A DNA stretch of 48,658 nucleotides from a virus (taxonomy: Duplodnaviria > Caudoviricetes), in the IMG/VR virus record IMGVR_UViG_3300033144_007297, positions 1-48,658 of that record; one strand, given 5' to 3'. The notes beneath the pieces are model-generated. The model was not told the DNA's origin. It saw only the letters and a list, made by a program, of their open reading frames with translations, and made no database searches. Below are positions 35,901-45,619 of the stretch, in pieces (the first letter of the stretch is position 1; each line of letters starts with the position of its first letter). A program made the translations under genes and the position numbers.

Positions 35901-38900
35901 ATGGCTACCCCAACTTTTATAAGCGCGGGAGCGATAGATCAAGACACAACGGGAGCGGTATCTGTTACTCCCACTCCGCCCACTCACCAAATCAACGACA
36001 TCCTACTTGTCATTGCCTTTAGTGATACCGGCAATGACATGGTCACGGCCACCGGCGGATGGGCTGAAATAGCCGAGGTTGATGGTACAGTCAACTTTAA
36101 CGCCTGGTGGAAACGCGCACCAGGGTCCGGAACCCCAGGGCCTACGATCACTTGTTCCGATGACGATGTCTGGACAATCTGCTATGTGATCAGAGGCGCT
36201 TCTCAACTTTCCACACCCTACGAAGATGCCACCGGCGCCGGCGGATCTTCTTCCGAAACCACTCCAGATTCAGCCACGATCACCACCGGTGGATCCGACC
36301 GCCTTGTTGTCTGTGTTTACGGCATCAATGATGATACCGGATGGGACACTCCGCCACCTCCAGGCCTCTGGGCCTCCAACCATGACGAAGGCACAAAGGC
36401 CGGAACCGATGTCCGTCTGGGCCTTATGTCCGTAGAGCGGGGGTCAGCCGGAGATGAAAACGCCATCACGATTGGCACACATGACGGGGCTGAATATTGG
36501 GCCTCTATCACCATGGCCTTCTTCGCAGACGCCGCCGTTACAGAAACCGAAACCACCGACCTCGATGCGTATCTTAAATCAAAAGAAACGGAAGAGGCTG
36601 ACCTCGATGCCTACCTCAAGGAAGTCCTCACAAAGGAAGCGGAACTCGATGCCCTTCTAAAGGGAACCGAAACCAGGACCGCGGCGCTTGATGCTTATGT
36701 AAAGGAAGCTAAAACCCTTGCCTCCGATCTCGATGCAATTATAAAGAAAGTGGGAACACCGGACGTTGACCTTGATGCGGTCCTACGGCTTCTTGGAGAA
36801 AAAACCACAGAGCTTGACGCGTACCTAAAACAGGCCCAGGCAGAATCCGTTTTTCTTGATGCATACCTAAAGGCTACCGGCACAAAGGATGTTGCCCTGG
36901 ACGCTTTGCTCGAAGGTGCGGGGTCCGAAACGGTTAGCTTGGATGCTTTGCTCTTACAGGCACAGCAAAAGACAGCAGATCTCGATGCGATCCTGGTCAA
37001 GCTCAACGAGATGGATGACCTGATTGTTGATTGGGCCGTGGACGAAACATTTGTTGAGGCCGAACTGGACGCGTTGCTGAAAAAGGCCGGCGAAAAAACA
37101 GCCGCCCTGGACGCGCTCCTGGAGCAGGCCCTCACAGAAACCACAAACCTGGATGCATATCTCAAGAAACAATCTCTCCGGACGGTAGCCCTCGACGGCC
37201 ACTTGTACTATCACAGAACCGATGTTACGGATCTTGACGCGTACCTCTTACAGAAAGTCCAGAAAAGCCTGGCCCTGGACGCTTATCTGAAGAAGGCGAT
37301 CGAGAAATATGTAGACCTCGATGCCTTGCTCAAAAAAACGATCTCTCCGGACACGGACCTGGACGCGCTCCTGAAGCAGACCATTCCTGTCACGGTGTCA
37401 ATTGATGCCTTGATAAAAGAAATCCTGACAAGCACCGTTGGGATGGACTCCCTGCTAAAGGGCCTGGGGCTTACTAAAGAGGTGTTCCTCGATGCTCTCC
37501 TGACACAGCTTGGCAACCTGGTCGATGTGGACATGGATGCCTTGCTCATGGCGATCGGCACGAAAGAGGCGGATCTCGACGCATATCTAAAGCAGGCTAT
37601 CACAGAATCTTTGGATCTCGATGCCTTGCTAAAAATTGTTGGGGACAAAACCGTTTCTTTGGACTCCCTACTGAAGGCCGTTAATGTCCCTGTCACTACG
37701 GACCTGGATGCTCTTTTGAAGGAGCTTGGCCTAACGGTTAGCGTCGACCTGGATGCTTACCTAAAAGAAACGCTCACAAAAACCGTTGACCTGGATGCAC
37801 TCCTGGAGCTTGCCGGCATAGAGCTTACAACTGACCTCGACGCCATTCTTCACCTTATAGGCGCTCCAGAGGCCGAGCTTGACGCTGTCTTGCACCTTAT
37901 CGGGACCAAAGAGGTTTCCCTCGACGCATTCCTTGAGGAAGCCGGCATCGAAGTAACCACCGACCTTGACGCGATGCTGAAGCAGGCCGTCGGCAAGACG
38001 GTGAGCATGGATGCCTTGCTCGAAAAAATTGGGCTGACTGTCGAGCTTGACCTGGATGCTTATCTTGAAAAACAATATACAAAAACTGTTGACCTGGACG
38101 CTTTGCTGAAAGGCCTGGGCCTTGAGCTTACAACGACCCTGGATGCCCTCCTGAAGGGGTTGGGCTTCGAGGCTTCGGTTGAACTCGACGCTGTTCTTAA
38201 TCTGATCGGATCCCTTAATGTGGACCTCGATGCAATTCTCGTCGGTGCTGGCATAGAGGTAACCGCCGACATGGATGCCGTTCTCCGCCAGGTTGTGGGG
38301 AAAACGGTTTCCCTGGACGCGCTCCTGAAAGGACTGAACATTCAGCGGACGGTTTCCCTGGACGCGCTCCTTCTCCAGTTGGGTGTTACAACAACAGCCG
38401 AGATGGATGCCTACCTGGAGGGTACCTACGCAAAAGAAGCCTTCCTCGACGCTCTACTCGAAGAGCTTGGTCTGGAGCGCACGGTTGACCTGGACGCATA
38501 CATCAAAGCTGTCTATACGCAACCGGCCGACCTGGATGCTCTTCTGAAGATCCTTGGCGTCGAGAAAACAGTTGACCTGGACGCACTACTCAAAGTTAAG
38601 CTTACCGAAACCCTCTCCCTGGATGCTTTTTTAGAAGCCGTAGGCCTGGAGGAGTCCGTTTTTCTTGATGCCTTGCTGAAAGAGTTCGGAGTCACGCGGG
38701 CCGCCGAACTGGATGCTTATCTCGAAAAGACCTTTCCGAAAGCTACCGACCTTGATGCCTTGCTGATAGAGCTTGGCCTGGAGCGCACCGTTGCGCTCGA
38801 TGCCTGGATTAAAAAGGTATACCCGAAATCTCTGGAACTCGACGCAGTCCTTAATTTAATAGGGACCCCGACCGTTAACCTCGACGCGCTCCTTGAGTCC

Positions 38901-41747
38901 ATGGATCTTGTCGAAACAGCGTCCCTGGATGCATTGCTAAAAGCCCTGGGCCTCACAGAAACCGTGTCCCTCGATGCCCTGGTTGTAGAGGTCGGACTTT
39001 TGCGAACGGCGGAGATCGATGCCTATCTGCAAAAAACATACACAGAAACCACAGAGCTTGACGCCCTGCTTGAGCAGACCGGTATCCAAAAGACCGTAGC
39101 GCTTGACGCAATGGTCGGGGGGGTCATTCTTAAAACAGCAGAACTGGATGCTCTCCTGAAAGGGTTTGGGATAGAGGCCGAGGCCTACCTTGATGCTGTC
39201 ATCCATAAAATTGGAACGCCGACCCTGGATCTCGATGCCCTGCTGAAGCAGGCTTTCACAAAGAATGTGGATCTCGACGCCTGGCTGAAGAGCGTTCGAG
39301 AAAAAACCATAAGCATGGACGCGCTCTTAAAGGGATTCGGCATTGCCAGAGAGGCCTTTCTCGATGCGCTCCTAACTGAAACCGGACTTATAAAGACCCT
39401 GGACCTCGATGCTATTTTGCACCTGATCGGAGAAAAAGAGGTTGAACTGGATGCCGTCCTGAAAAAAGCATTCCTGAAAACAGTAGACATGGATGCTATC
39501 CTGGCCCTGGATGGGGTTGTGACAGCATCGTTGGACTCTCTCCTGAAAGGTCTTGGGCTAACCAGGACCACCACTCTCGATGCGCTCATAGAAGAGGCCG
39601 GCCTAACCGTTGACCTGGATCTGGATGCCTGGCTTAAAGTTGCAAGGACCGACACGGTTGACCTGGACTCTCTCCTTAAAGTCTTTGGGCTTTCTGAAAC
39701 AGCCGATCTCGATGCTGTCCTCCATGCGATCTTTACGCCTTCGGCAGAACTGGATGCCATCATTCATTTGATTGGGGACCTTTCCGTTGACCTGGACGCA
39801 TATCTGAAAATTGCAAAAACAGGGACCGTCGACCTGGACGCGTACATAAAGGAAGAGATCTCCCTGACGGTGTCCATGGACGCGCTGATCAAGGAGTTGG
39901 GGAAGACCCTTAACGTAGACCTCGATGCTTACCTCCTCCAGGTTGGCACAAAGACAGTCGATCTCGATGCGCTCTTGAAGCTCTTCGATATCCAAAAAAC
40001 GGTGGCCCTGGATGCCTATCTTTACGAAACGATTCTAAAGACAGCCGACCTCGATGCTCTAATACAAGATCTTGGGGTCGAGCTTAACATAGAGCTTGAC
40101 GCTGTTATCCGGAAAATCGGGCTTCCATCTTTGGACCTGGATGCCCTGATAAAAATTTCTCTCACGGAAACGGTCGATCTCGATGCGATGCTGAAGCAGG
40201 CCGTTGAAAAGGAGGCCGACCTTGACGCTTTGCTGAAAGAATTTGGGGTCACGAAAGAGGCCTACCTGGACGCATTGTTACTTGAGCTTGGGATTGAGCG
40301 AACGGTTGACCTGGATGCGATCCTTCATGTGATAGGCGAAAAAACAGTAGCCCTGGATGCCCTGGTCAAGGGCCTGGGGATTACCAAGACGGCGGCCCTG
40401 GATGCACTCCTTTTTGTCGGTGGCATTGAAACAGTTAGCCTCGACAGTCTGTTAAAAGAGGTCGGAAAAACGACCGGAGTGGACCTTGATGCATACCTCA
40501 AGATCATTAAAGACAACGACGTTGACCTTGACGCGATCATCCATGCGATATATACTAAAGAAGTTGCTTTGGATGCCCTGATAGGGGGTGTCATTTTAAC
40601 CACAGCCGACCTGGACTCTCTTTTGATCCAGACCGGCATTGAAGCCGAGGTTGACCTGGATGCGCTCCTTGAGCAAGTTGGGATCGAGCGCGAAGTCTAC
40701 CTCGATGCACTTCTACAAAAACTTAACATACCCACCACCTTGGATCTCGACGCGCTGTTGAGCCAGGCGTTTTCGAATACTCTTGATTTAGACGCTTTCT
40801 TGACTTCAGCCGGCATCGAACGATCCGTTTTTATCGACGCCCTGATCAAAAAACAATATCCGGAAACCACGGACCTCGACGCGATCTTACACGCGATCAA
40901 GACTGTGGGCGTAGACCTCGACGCTCTGATAGGCGGAGTTATCGAGAAGGGTGTGGGCCTGGACGGGTTGCTTGTTCAGACCGACATAGGGGTCACGCTT
41001 TCGCTCGATGCCCTCTTGTCGAAGTTGGGGGTCGAGTCTATTGTTTCTCTCGACGCCCTGGTCAAGGGGACGGGCATAGAAAAGGCCCTGGTCCTGGACG
41101 CGATCCTTGAAGCAGGGGGTGTGGTCACCGTATCTATTGATGCACTTCTCGAAAAACTTGGGATCCTAAAACAGGTGTCCTTGGATGCCTTGATGAAAAA
41201 AGCCGGAGCGGCCACGACAGAGTTGGACGCGCTCCTATTGTTAACTACTCTGAAGAGCTTGAGCCTGGACGCAATGTTGATGGCCGTCCAGGAGGCTTCT
41301 GTTGATCTTGACGCGTATATTATGAGGCGCGGAACGCCAACGGTTTTTATCGATGGCTATCTCATGGCTCTTCAGGACATCACGGCAGAATTAGATGCCA
41401 TTTTAAGGAGGGGTGGCATAATAACGACAGACCTGGATGGTCTGCTAAAGGCAACCGATTTAACGAAAATCGTAAGTCTTGATGCCTATTCGCTTGTAGG
41501 ACAAATTAGACAGGTTGAACTGGACGCGGTGCTTATATATCGCTTAACCAGGCAATGCGACATGGACGGGCTGTTGACGGGTCGAATTGAAACAACGACC
41601 CTGCTCGACGCCATCCTTTATGGCGCGATCATCGGCGGCATAAGGTATACCTTTAGGTCCTTTCTGGAGCGCCCTGAATTTCATTCGGGATTAACATCTC
41701 CAGAATATCGATCAGTATTAAGGCGACCGGAATTTCACTCTAATTAG
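35901..41747 (+). CDS. very long LDA-repeat fibre protein with N-terminal beta-sandwich domain
   Basis: 1948 aa. ~215-aa N-terminal domain, about 115-120 repeats of 14-15 aa, and C-terminal 9-aa PEFHS repeats. Confidence 0.75.
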   Translation: MATPTFISAGAIDQDTTGAVSVTPTPPTHQINDILLVIAFSDTGNDMVTATGGWAEIAEVDGTVNFNAWWKRAPGSGTPGPTITCSDDDVWTICYVIRGASQLSTPYEDATGAGGSSSETTPDSATITTGGSDRLVVCVYGINDDTGWDTPPPPGLWASNHDEGTKAGTDVRLGLMSVERGSAGDENAITIGTHDGAEYWASITMAFFADAAVTETETTDLDAYLKSKETEEADLDAYLKEVLTKEAELDALLKGTETRTAALDAYVKEAKTLASDLDAIIKKVGTPDVDLDAVLRLLGEKTTELDAYLKQAQAESVFLDAYLKATGTKDVALDALLEGAGSETVSLDALLLQAQQKTADLDAILVKLNEMDDLIVDWAVDETFVEAELDALLKKAGEKTAALDALLEQALTETTNLDAYLKKQSLRTVALDGHLYYHRTDVTDLDAYLLQKVQKSLALDAYLKKAIEKYVDLDALLKKTISPDTDLDALLKQTIPVTVSIDALIKEILTSTVGMDSLLKGLGLTKEVFLDALLTQLGNLVDVDMDALLMAIGTKEADLDAYLKQAITESLDLDALLKIVGDKTVSLDSLLKAVNVPVTTDLDALLKELGLTVSVDLDAYLKETLTKTVDLDALLELAGIELTTDLDAILHLIGAPEAELDAVLHLIGTKEVSLDAFLEEAGIEVTTDLDAMLKQAVGKTVSMDALLEKIGLTVELDLDAYLEKQYTKTVDLDALLKGLGLELTTTLDALLKGLGFEASVELDAVLNLIGSLNVDLDAILVGAGIEVTADMDAVLRQVVGKTVSLDALLKGLNIQRTVSLDALLLQLGVTTTAEMDAYLEGTYAKEAFLDALLEELGLERTVDLDAYIKAVYTQPADLDALLKILGVEKTVDLDALLKVKLTETLSLDAFLEAVGLEESVFLDALLKEFGVTRAAELDAYLEKTFPKATDLDALLIELGLERTVALDAWIKKVYPKSLELDAVLNLIGTPTVNLDALLESMDLVETASLDALLKALGLTETVSLDALVVEVGLLRTAEIDAYLQKTYTETTELDALLEQTGIQKTVALDAMVGGVILKTAELDALLKGFGIEAEAYLDAVIHKIGTPTLDLDALLKQAFTKNVDLDAWLKSVREKTISMDALLKGFGIAREAFLDALLTETGLIKTLDLDAILHLIGEKEVELDAVLKKAFLKTVDMDAILALDGVVTASLDSLLKGLGLTRTTTLDALIEEAGLTVDLDLDAWLKVARTDTVDLDSLLKVFGLSETADLDAVLHAIFTPSAELDAIIHLIGDLSVDLDAYLKIAKTGTVDLDAYIKEEISLTVSMDALIKELGKTLNVDLDAYLLQVGTKTVDLDALLKLFDIQKTVALDAYLYETILKTADLDALIQDLGVELNIELDAVIRKIGLPSLDLDALIKISLTETVDLDAMLKQAVEKEADLDALLKEFGVTKEAYLDALLLELGIERTVDLDAILHVIGEKTVALDALVKGLGITKTAALDALLFVGGIETVSLDSLLKEVGKTTGVDLDAYLKIIKDNDVDLDAIIHAIYTKEVALDALIGGVILTTADLDSLLIQTGIEAEVDLDALLEQVGIEREVYLDALLQKLNIPTTLDLDALLSQAFSNTLDLDAFLTSAGIERSVFIDALIKKQYPETTDLDAILHAIKTVGVDLDALIGGVIEKGVGLDGLLVQTDIGVTLSLDALLSKLGVESIVSLDALVKGTGIEKALVLDAILEAGGVVTVSIDALLEKLGILKQVSLDALMKKAGAATTELDALLLLTTLKSLSLDAMLMAVQEASVDLDAYIMRRGTPTVFIDGYLMALQDITAELDAILRRGGIITTDLDGLLKATDLTKIVSLDAYSLVGQIRQVELDAVLIYRLTRQCDMDGLLTGRIETTTLLDAILYGAIIGGIRYTFRSFLERPEFHSGLTSPEYRSVLRRPEFHSN
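36543..41620 (+). repeat. about 115-120 degenerate 42/45-nt LDA repeats
   Basis: Recurrent ctN-gaY-gcN cores with varied synonymous codons. Count estimated from span divided by period. Confidence 0.9.
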
Positions 41748-41792
41748 CAAGCATGGGCAAGCAAGGGCTTTTGACCTGAAAAGGAGGTCAAA

Positions 41793-42278
41793 ATGACCGC
41801 AACAGTACAAATACATGAGTATACCGCGACGGATACCGGTACGGACAAGACGTCGGATACAATTCGTTTCAAGAGCGCTGTGGACACAAACGTAGACACA
41901 GCCGATCGTTTGACAATCCCTGGTGCGGCTTCGGATTACAGCTACACCAAGCAGATCCGCCTGTACGCTTCCGTGGCCGCTTCCGTTTCTCTCCAGGACG
42001 TGACGGCCTACACGGATGAGTCCAATGACTTTGGATCCGAGGTGGACATTTTTTATGACACGGACACGGAGTGGAAGGCCGAAGTTGACTCCGACATCAG
42101 CGGCACCGACTTCTTCACCAAGGGGAGCGGCGATCCCGTTCTTCTGGAGGGGTCAGACTTGACGGACACCACCGGCTACTTCGGGGACGTACTTCGCTTG
42201 CAGATGCACGTCGGGAGTGGCGCGAGTCCTGGGGCTTTGAGTCCGGAAACCATGACTATGACCTATGACGAAACATAA
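41793..42278 (+). CDS. acidic Thr/Asp-rich virion structural protein
   Basis: 161 aa, AAGGAGG RBS. IP.....YSY.K...L and terminal T..YDE. pattern typical of small phage beta-sandwich proteins. Confidence 0.55.
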   Translation: MTATVQIHEYTATDTGTDKTSDTIRFKSAVDTNVDTADRLTIPGAASDYSYTKQIRLYASVAASVSLQDVTAYTDESNDFGSEVDIFYDTDTEWKAEVDSDISGTDFFTKGSGDPVLLEGSDLTDTTGYFGDVLRLQMHVGSGASPGALSPETMTMTYDET

Positions 42279-42348
42279 GCCGTTTCGTTAAACCCTTTTG
42301 GCTTGGCCCCAGGCGGGCTGTAGTCAGGTGCAGAAAGGAAAACTTATT

Positions 42349-43554
42349 ATGAAGAAAAAGATATTAATCGGAGCGCCCCATTATCAGGGGATTCCCGCAA
42401 AATACGTCGTTAACACGACTCGGATGACGTTGGACCTGTCGGCGAAGGGATGGGAGAGCAACATCTATTATGCCGAAGGCACTCTAATATCGAGCCAGAG
42501 AAACAAAATTGCACAGACGGCCGTTGATGAGGACTATGACTACCTTTTCTTTATTGATTCTGACATGGACCATCCGGCAGACGAGATCTACAAACTGCTC
42601 GACATTGCCGAGGATCCGTATGCGGGCGTTGAGATAATCGGTGGCCTGTACTATGGCCGCCGAGCGCCGCACAAGCCGATGGTGTTTTCAGATTATACCG
42701 GTGAGCATTTCGTTGGGATCAAACAACGGGAAATCGACGAGTATAACGGAGTTCACTTTAGCTGTGCCGGCATAGGCACCGGCTTCCTATTGATCTCCGT
42801 GGATGTTTTAAAAACAATGATGAAGCCGAAATTTCTGAAAAAATGGGGCGCTCCGTTCGCGCACCATCTGATGAAAACCGGTGTTCAGCTTGGCGAGGAT
42901 TTGTCGTTTTGTGTCAGGGCCGCGGAGGCCGGATACGAGATGTTCTGCCATCCCGACGTCGACCTTGGCCACGAAAGCACTATGACGGTAACCAAGGCCA
43001 CGCACCTTGCAAGCATGAGGCGGGATGTCCATTATTGCAATCCGATATCTGGATGGATGTTCATCAACGAGCTAAATTGGCTCTACCAGGCGGCCAAGGA
43101 AATGGACACGATCGTAGAGATCGGATCCTGGAAGGGGCGCTCGACTCACGCGCTTTGCTCCGGAGCCAAGGGCCATGTTTATGCTGTTGACCACTTTGAG
43201 GGATCCTGGGGTGAGGACGAACAGCACCAGGAGGCTGATGCCGGCGATATCGAGGCGCAGTTCATGGACAATGTTGGCAACCGGTTTTCCAATGTGACGC
43301 TCGTAAAAGCCAACAGCTTGGACTACGCAAAGGCCTGCGCGTTGGCCGGCAAGACGTTCGATATGGTTTTTCTCGATGGCGGACATCAGTATCCGGAATT
43401 TAAGGCAGACCTCGAAGCCTGGGAGAAACTGGCCAAGAAGATCTTTTGCGGCCATGACTATAATATGTTTCCAGGCGTGACGAAAGCGGTGAACGAGAGA
43501 TACAAGGCCATTAAGACTTTGGAAACAATCTGGATCAAGGAGATCAAGCAATGA
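42349..43554 (+). CDS. GT-A (GT2-like) glycosyltransferase fused to a class I SAM-dependent methyltransferase (Methyltransf_24-like)
   Basis: GT part: SQRN, YLFFIDSD (DxD), GTGFLLI, GEDLSFC, LGH. MTase part: VEIGSWKGRST, YAVDHF, DMVFLDGGH.Y, GHDY. ATG 42349 follows AAGGA. Confidence 0.85.
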   Translation: MKKKILIGAPHYQGIPAKYVVNTTRMTLDLSAKGWESNIYYAEGTLISSQRNKIAQTAVDEDYDYLFFIDSDMDHPADEIYKLLDIAEDPYAGVEIIGGLYYGRRAPHKPMVFSDYTGEHFVGIKQREIDEYNGVHFSCAGIGTGFLLISVDVLKTMMKPKFLKKWGAPFAHHLMKTGVQLGEDLSFCVRAAEAGYEMFCHPDVDLGHESTMTVTKATHLASMRRDVHYCNPISGWMFINELNWLYQAAKEMDTIVEIGSWKGRSTHALCSGAKGHVYAVDHFEGSWGEDEQHQEADAGDIEAQFMDNVGNRFSNVTLVKANSLDYAKACALAGKTFDMVFLDGGHQYPEFKADLEAWEKLAKKIFCGHDYNMFPGVTKAVNERYKAIKTLETIWIKEIKQ

Positions 43555-43922
43555 AGCCATTGAAACACAATGTAATTTATAGTTGGGAGTTTGAAACCGC
43601 TGACGGGGTTGTTCTGAATCAATACGAAGAAGACGGAAAGGAGAACACCTGGAAGGGTGTGAATCCGGACCAGGTCGTAAGGGTTTCATTTTTGCCTGCA
43701 ATCAACCTTTTGCCAAGGCACGACATCCTTATTGATATCGGTAAGGGCGATCGGTTTGTCCGAAGGTTCGGTAGAGGATTTATGAAAACCGGCGGCAAGT
43801 ATGGCGGCGGATGGGATCTGAAGCTGTACGCAAATTGTGTGGTCACGAATAGGTGCCGGTATTATATCATTTCTAATGGCCGGACCTTTTGCACACACAG
43901 GGACCACGAAATTAGACTATAA
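43551..43922 (+). CDS. hypothetical protein
   Basis: 123 aa, AAGGAG upstream, ATGA coupled. Confidence 0.55.
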   Translation: MKPLKHNVIYSWEFETADGVVLNQYEEDGKENTWKGVNPDQVVRVSFLPAINLLPRHDILIDIGKGDRFVRRFGRGFMKTGGKYGGGWDLKLYANCVVTNRCRYYIISNGRTFCTHRDHEIRL

Positions 43923-43943
43923 AGCTATAGAGGGGGAAAGACG

Positions 43944-44309
43944 ATGATTACAGAAGGGAGCCGAGACTTTAATGTTCCAGATGCAAAGCCGGTGTGGGCA
44001 GAGTGGCCATGTTCAGTTGACATTTCCAGTTGGTTGAACGGCGACACGATATCAGCCATTGACGTCAGCGCTGTCACGGCCGATGGTGCCAATGCATCCG
44101 CCACCGTTCTTGATGAGCTAAAACACACCTATACAACGACATCGATCATTCCCTGGATCAAGGCCGGCGCACCTGAAACTGATTACATTGTGATTGTAAA
44201 GGTGACGGCAACGGGCGGAGCGAAAGAACTTTTTACCATACGCTTTTCGGTTCTCCCCAACATCTTTAGGGCGGGATCCGTTGGGATGGATGCAATTTTG
44301 ACAACATAA
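43944..44309 (+). CDS. fibre-tail adaptor-like Ig-fold protein ending in one LDA-type repeat
   Basis: D.SSWL.GDTI...WIKAG....DY.V.V.VT..GG.KE.F.I.F.V pattern. C-terminus GSVGMDAILTT. Confidence 0.5.
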   Translation: MITEGSRDFNVPDAKPVWAEWPCSVDISSWLNGDTISAIDVSAVTADGANASATVLDELKHTYTTTSIIPWIKAGAPETDYIVIVKVTATGGAKELFTIRFSVLPNIFRAGSVGMDAILTT

Positions 44310-44321
44310 GGAGATAAGGCA

Positions 44322-44750
44322 ATGGTTGACCCAAAATGTCCGCCGGCTTGTGAAAAAACACTTGATACTATGGAAAAGGATATCGATGGTCACAGAAAGA
44401 CTCTGTATGGTGCTGACGGCATGGCCGGTCTTGTTAGCTGTGTTGGCAGAAGCGTCAAGAGGGGACAGCTTGCTGTAACGATTATTGCTGTCGTAGCGAT
44501 TGTTGCTACGTTTGTCATCTACACGATGGGGTCTTACGCCGGTGAAAAAGAGAAGCGAACCACGAATACCACAGAGATTCGGGTTATAAAAGAAGGAATA
44601 AAGCACATCAAGGAGGATCAGCAAGAAATAAAGACAGAGCAAAGGGAAATTAAGGCAGATATTAAAGAGATCAAAAAGAGCATGGTTAAGACCGAAGATC
44701 TTGATCTTAAATTCAAATTGCTCTTGAAGGCCATCGAAAAGAAAAATTAA
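44322..44750 (+). CDS. single-TM plus coiled-coil protein at the start of the lysis cassette
   Basis: TM segment LAVTIIAVVAIVATFVIY followed by heptads IKEGIKHIKEDQQEIKTEQREIKADIKEIK. Confidence 0.55.
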   Translation: MVDPKCPPACEKTLDTMEKDIDGHRKTLYGADGMAGLVSCVGRSVKRGQLAVTIIAVVAIVATFVIYTMGSYAGEKEKRTTNTTEIRVIKEGIKHIKEDQQEIKTEQREIKADIKEIKKSMVKTEDLDLKFKLLLKAIEKKN

Positions 44751-44760
44751 GGAGTAAGCT

Positions 44761-45120
44761 ATGGCGGAATTGCGTTTTTTTAAAATGACCGAATTCGACT
44801 GCAAGTGTGGCTGTGGCTCAAACAGGATGCTTGGCGCATTTTTGTGGAAGCTCGATCTGTGCCGCGAGAGGTGTAAGTTTCGCTTTGATGTAACCTCTGG
44901 ATACAGGTGCGAAAAACACAATGCCGCGGTGGGCGGCAAGAAGAAGTCGGAGCATCTTTCTGGAAGGGGGGTCGACATCGCTACCCACAACTCCAGGGAG
45001 AGGTACAAGATCGTAGAAGAGGCCATAGAGCTTGGCATAAACAGGATTGGCATCGGGAGCGACTTTGTACATCTTGGTTATGACAAAAGCAAGGTCCAGA
45101 TGGTAATCTGGGTATATTAA
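44761..45120 (+). CDS. endolysin, peptidase M15A family
   Basis: EFDCKCGCG, TSGYRC..HN.AVGG...SEH..G.GVDI, IGIG..FVHL. Confidence 0.9.
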   Translation: MAELRFFKMTEFDCKCGCGSNRMLGAFLWKLDLCRERCKFRFDVTSGYRCEKHNAAVGGKKKSEHLSGRGVDIATHNSRERYKIVEEAIELGINRIGIGSDFVHLGYDKSKVQMVIWVY

Positions 45121-45130
45121 GGAGGAGATT

Positions 45131-45556
45131 ATGGGATTTTCACTTTCAACATGGCTTGGGAAAGCTGTGGGATCTGGCGTCGGCACCCTGGCAAAAGATG
45201 TCGGGGGCGTCATCAATCAGTTTGTTGAAACAAAGGAAGAGAAGAAAGCGGCAGAGATGCTGCTGATGAAGATCCAACAGGAGCCTGACAGGTGGCAGGC
45301 CGAAATCAACAAGATCGAGGCCGGTCATCGAACGATATTCGTTGCCGGATGGAGGCCGTTTATAGGATGGGTTTGTGGTTGGGGCCTGGCGTTCCATTTT
45401 ATAGCATTTCCTCTGCTTGAATGGGGGTCCGAACTGGCAGGGAAGAAAATCCTGGCTCCGGTTGTCGAGTGGCAAGTGCTGATGACTTTGGTGCTGTCCC
45501 TGCTTGGCCTTGGCGCTACCAGGACCTACGAAAAGAGGAACAATCTTACCAAATAA
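45131..45556 (+). CDS. holin (3TM, GTA-holin-like)
   Basis: Q.EINK.EA.H...FVAGWRPFIGWVCG...LLGLG..RTYEK. Confidence 0.85.
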   Translation: MGFSLSTWLGKAVGSGVGTLAKDVGGVINQFVETKEEKKAAEMLLMKIQQEPDRWQAEINKIEAGHRTIFVAGWRPFIGWVCGWGLAFHFIAFPLLEWGSELAGKKILAPVVEWQVLMTLVLSLLGLGATRTYEKRNNLTK

Positions 45557-45598
45557 AAAAGCCCAGGATTTGGCCTTTCGGCGATCTGGCTCCTGGGC
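45555..45598 (-). terminator. rho-independent terminator between the convergent units
   Basis: On the - strand: gcccagga...gcc-GAAA-ggc...tcctgggc followed by a T6 tract. Confidence 0.7.
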
Positions 45599-45619
45599 AT
45601 GGCCGTGTCGGGGGAAAAT

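Noticed and set aside
36695-41215. Many - strand ORFs rich in ASRS
   Set aside because: These are reverse-complement translations of the LDA codons.
34380-41620. Periodic DNA resembling a CRISPR array or DGR repeats
   Set aside because: The period is 42/45 nt in frame with synonymous variation, so these are protein repeats. There is no invariant repeat, no adenine-specific pair and no cas or reverse transcriptase gene.
41747-41764. Short direct repeat gcaagca in an intergenic gap
   Set aside because: Only two 7-nt copies, which is compatible with chance.
44118-45053. 311-aa - strand ORF across the lysis genes
   Set aside because: Overlaps three credible + strand genes and has no protein-like motifs.
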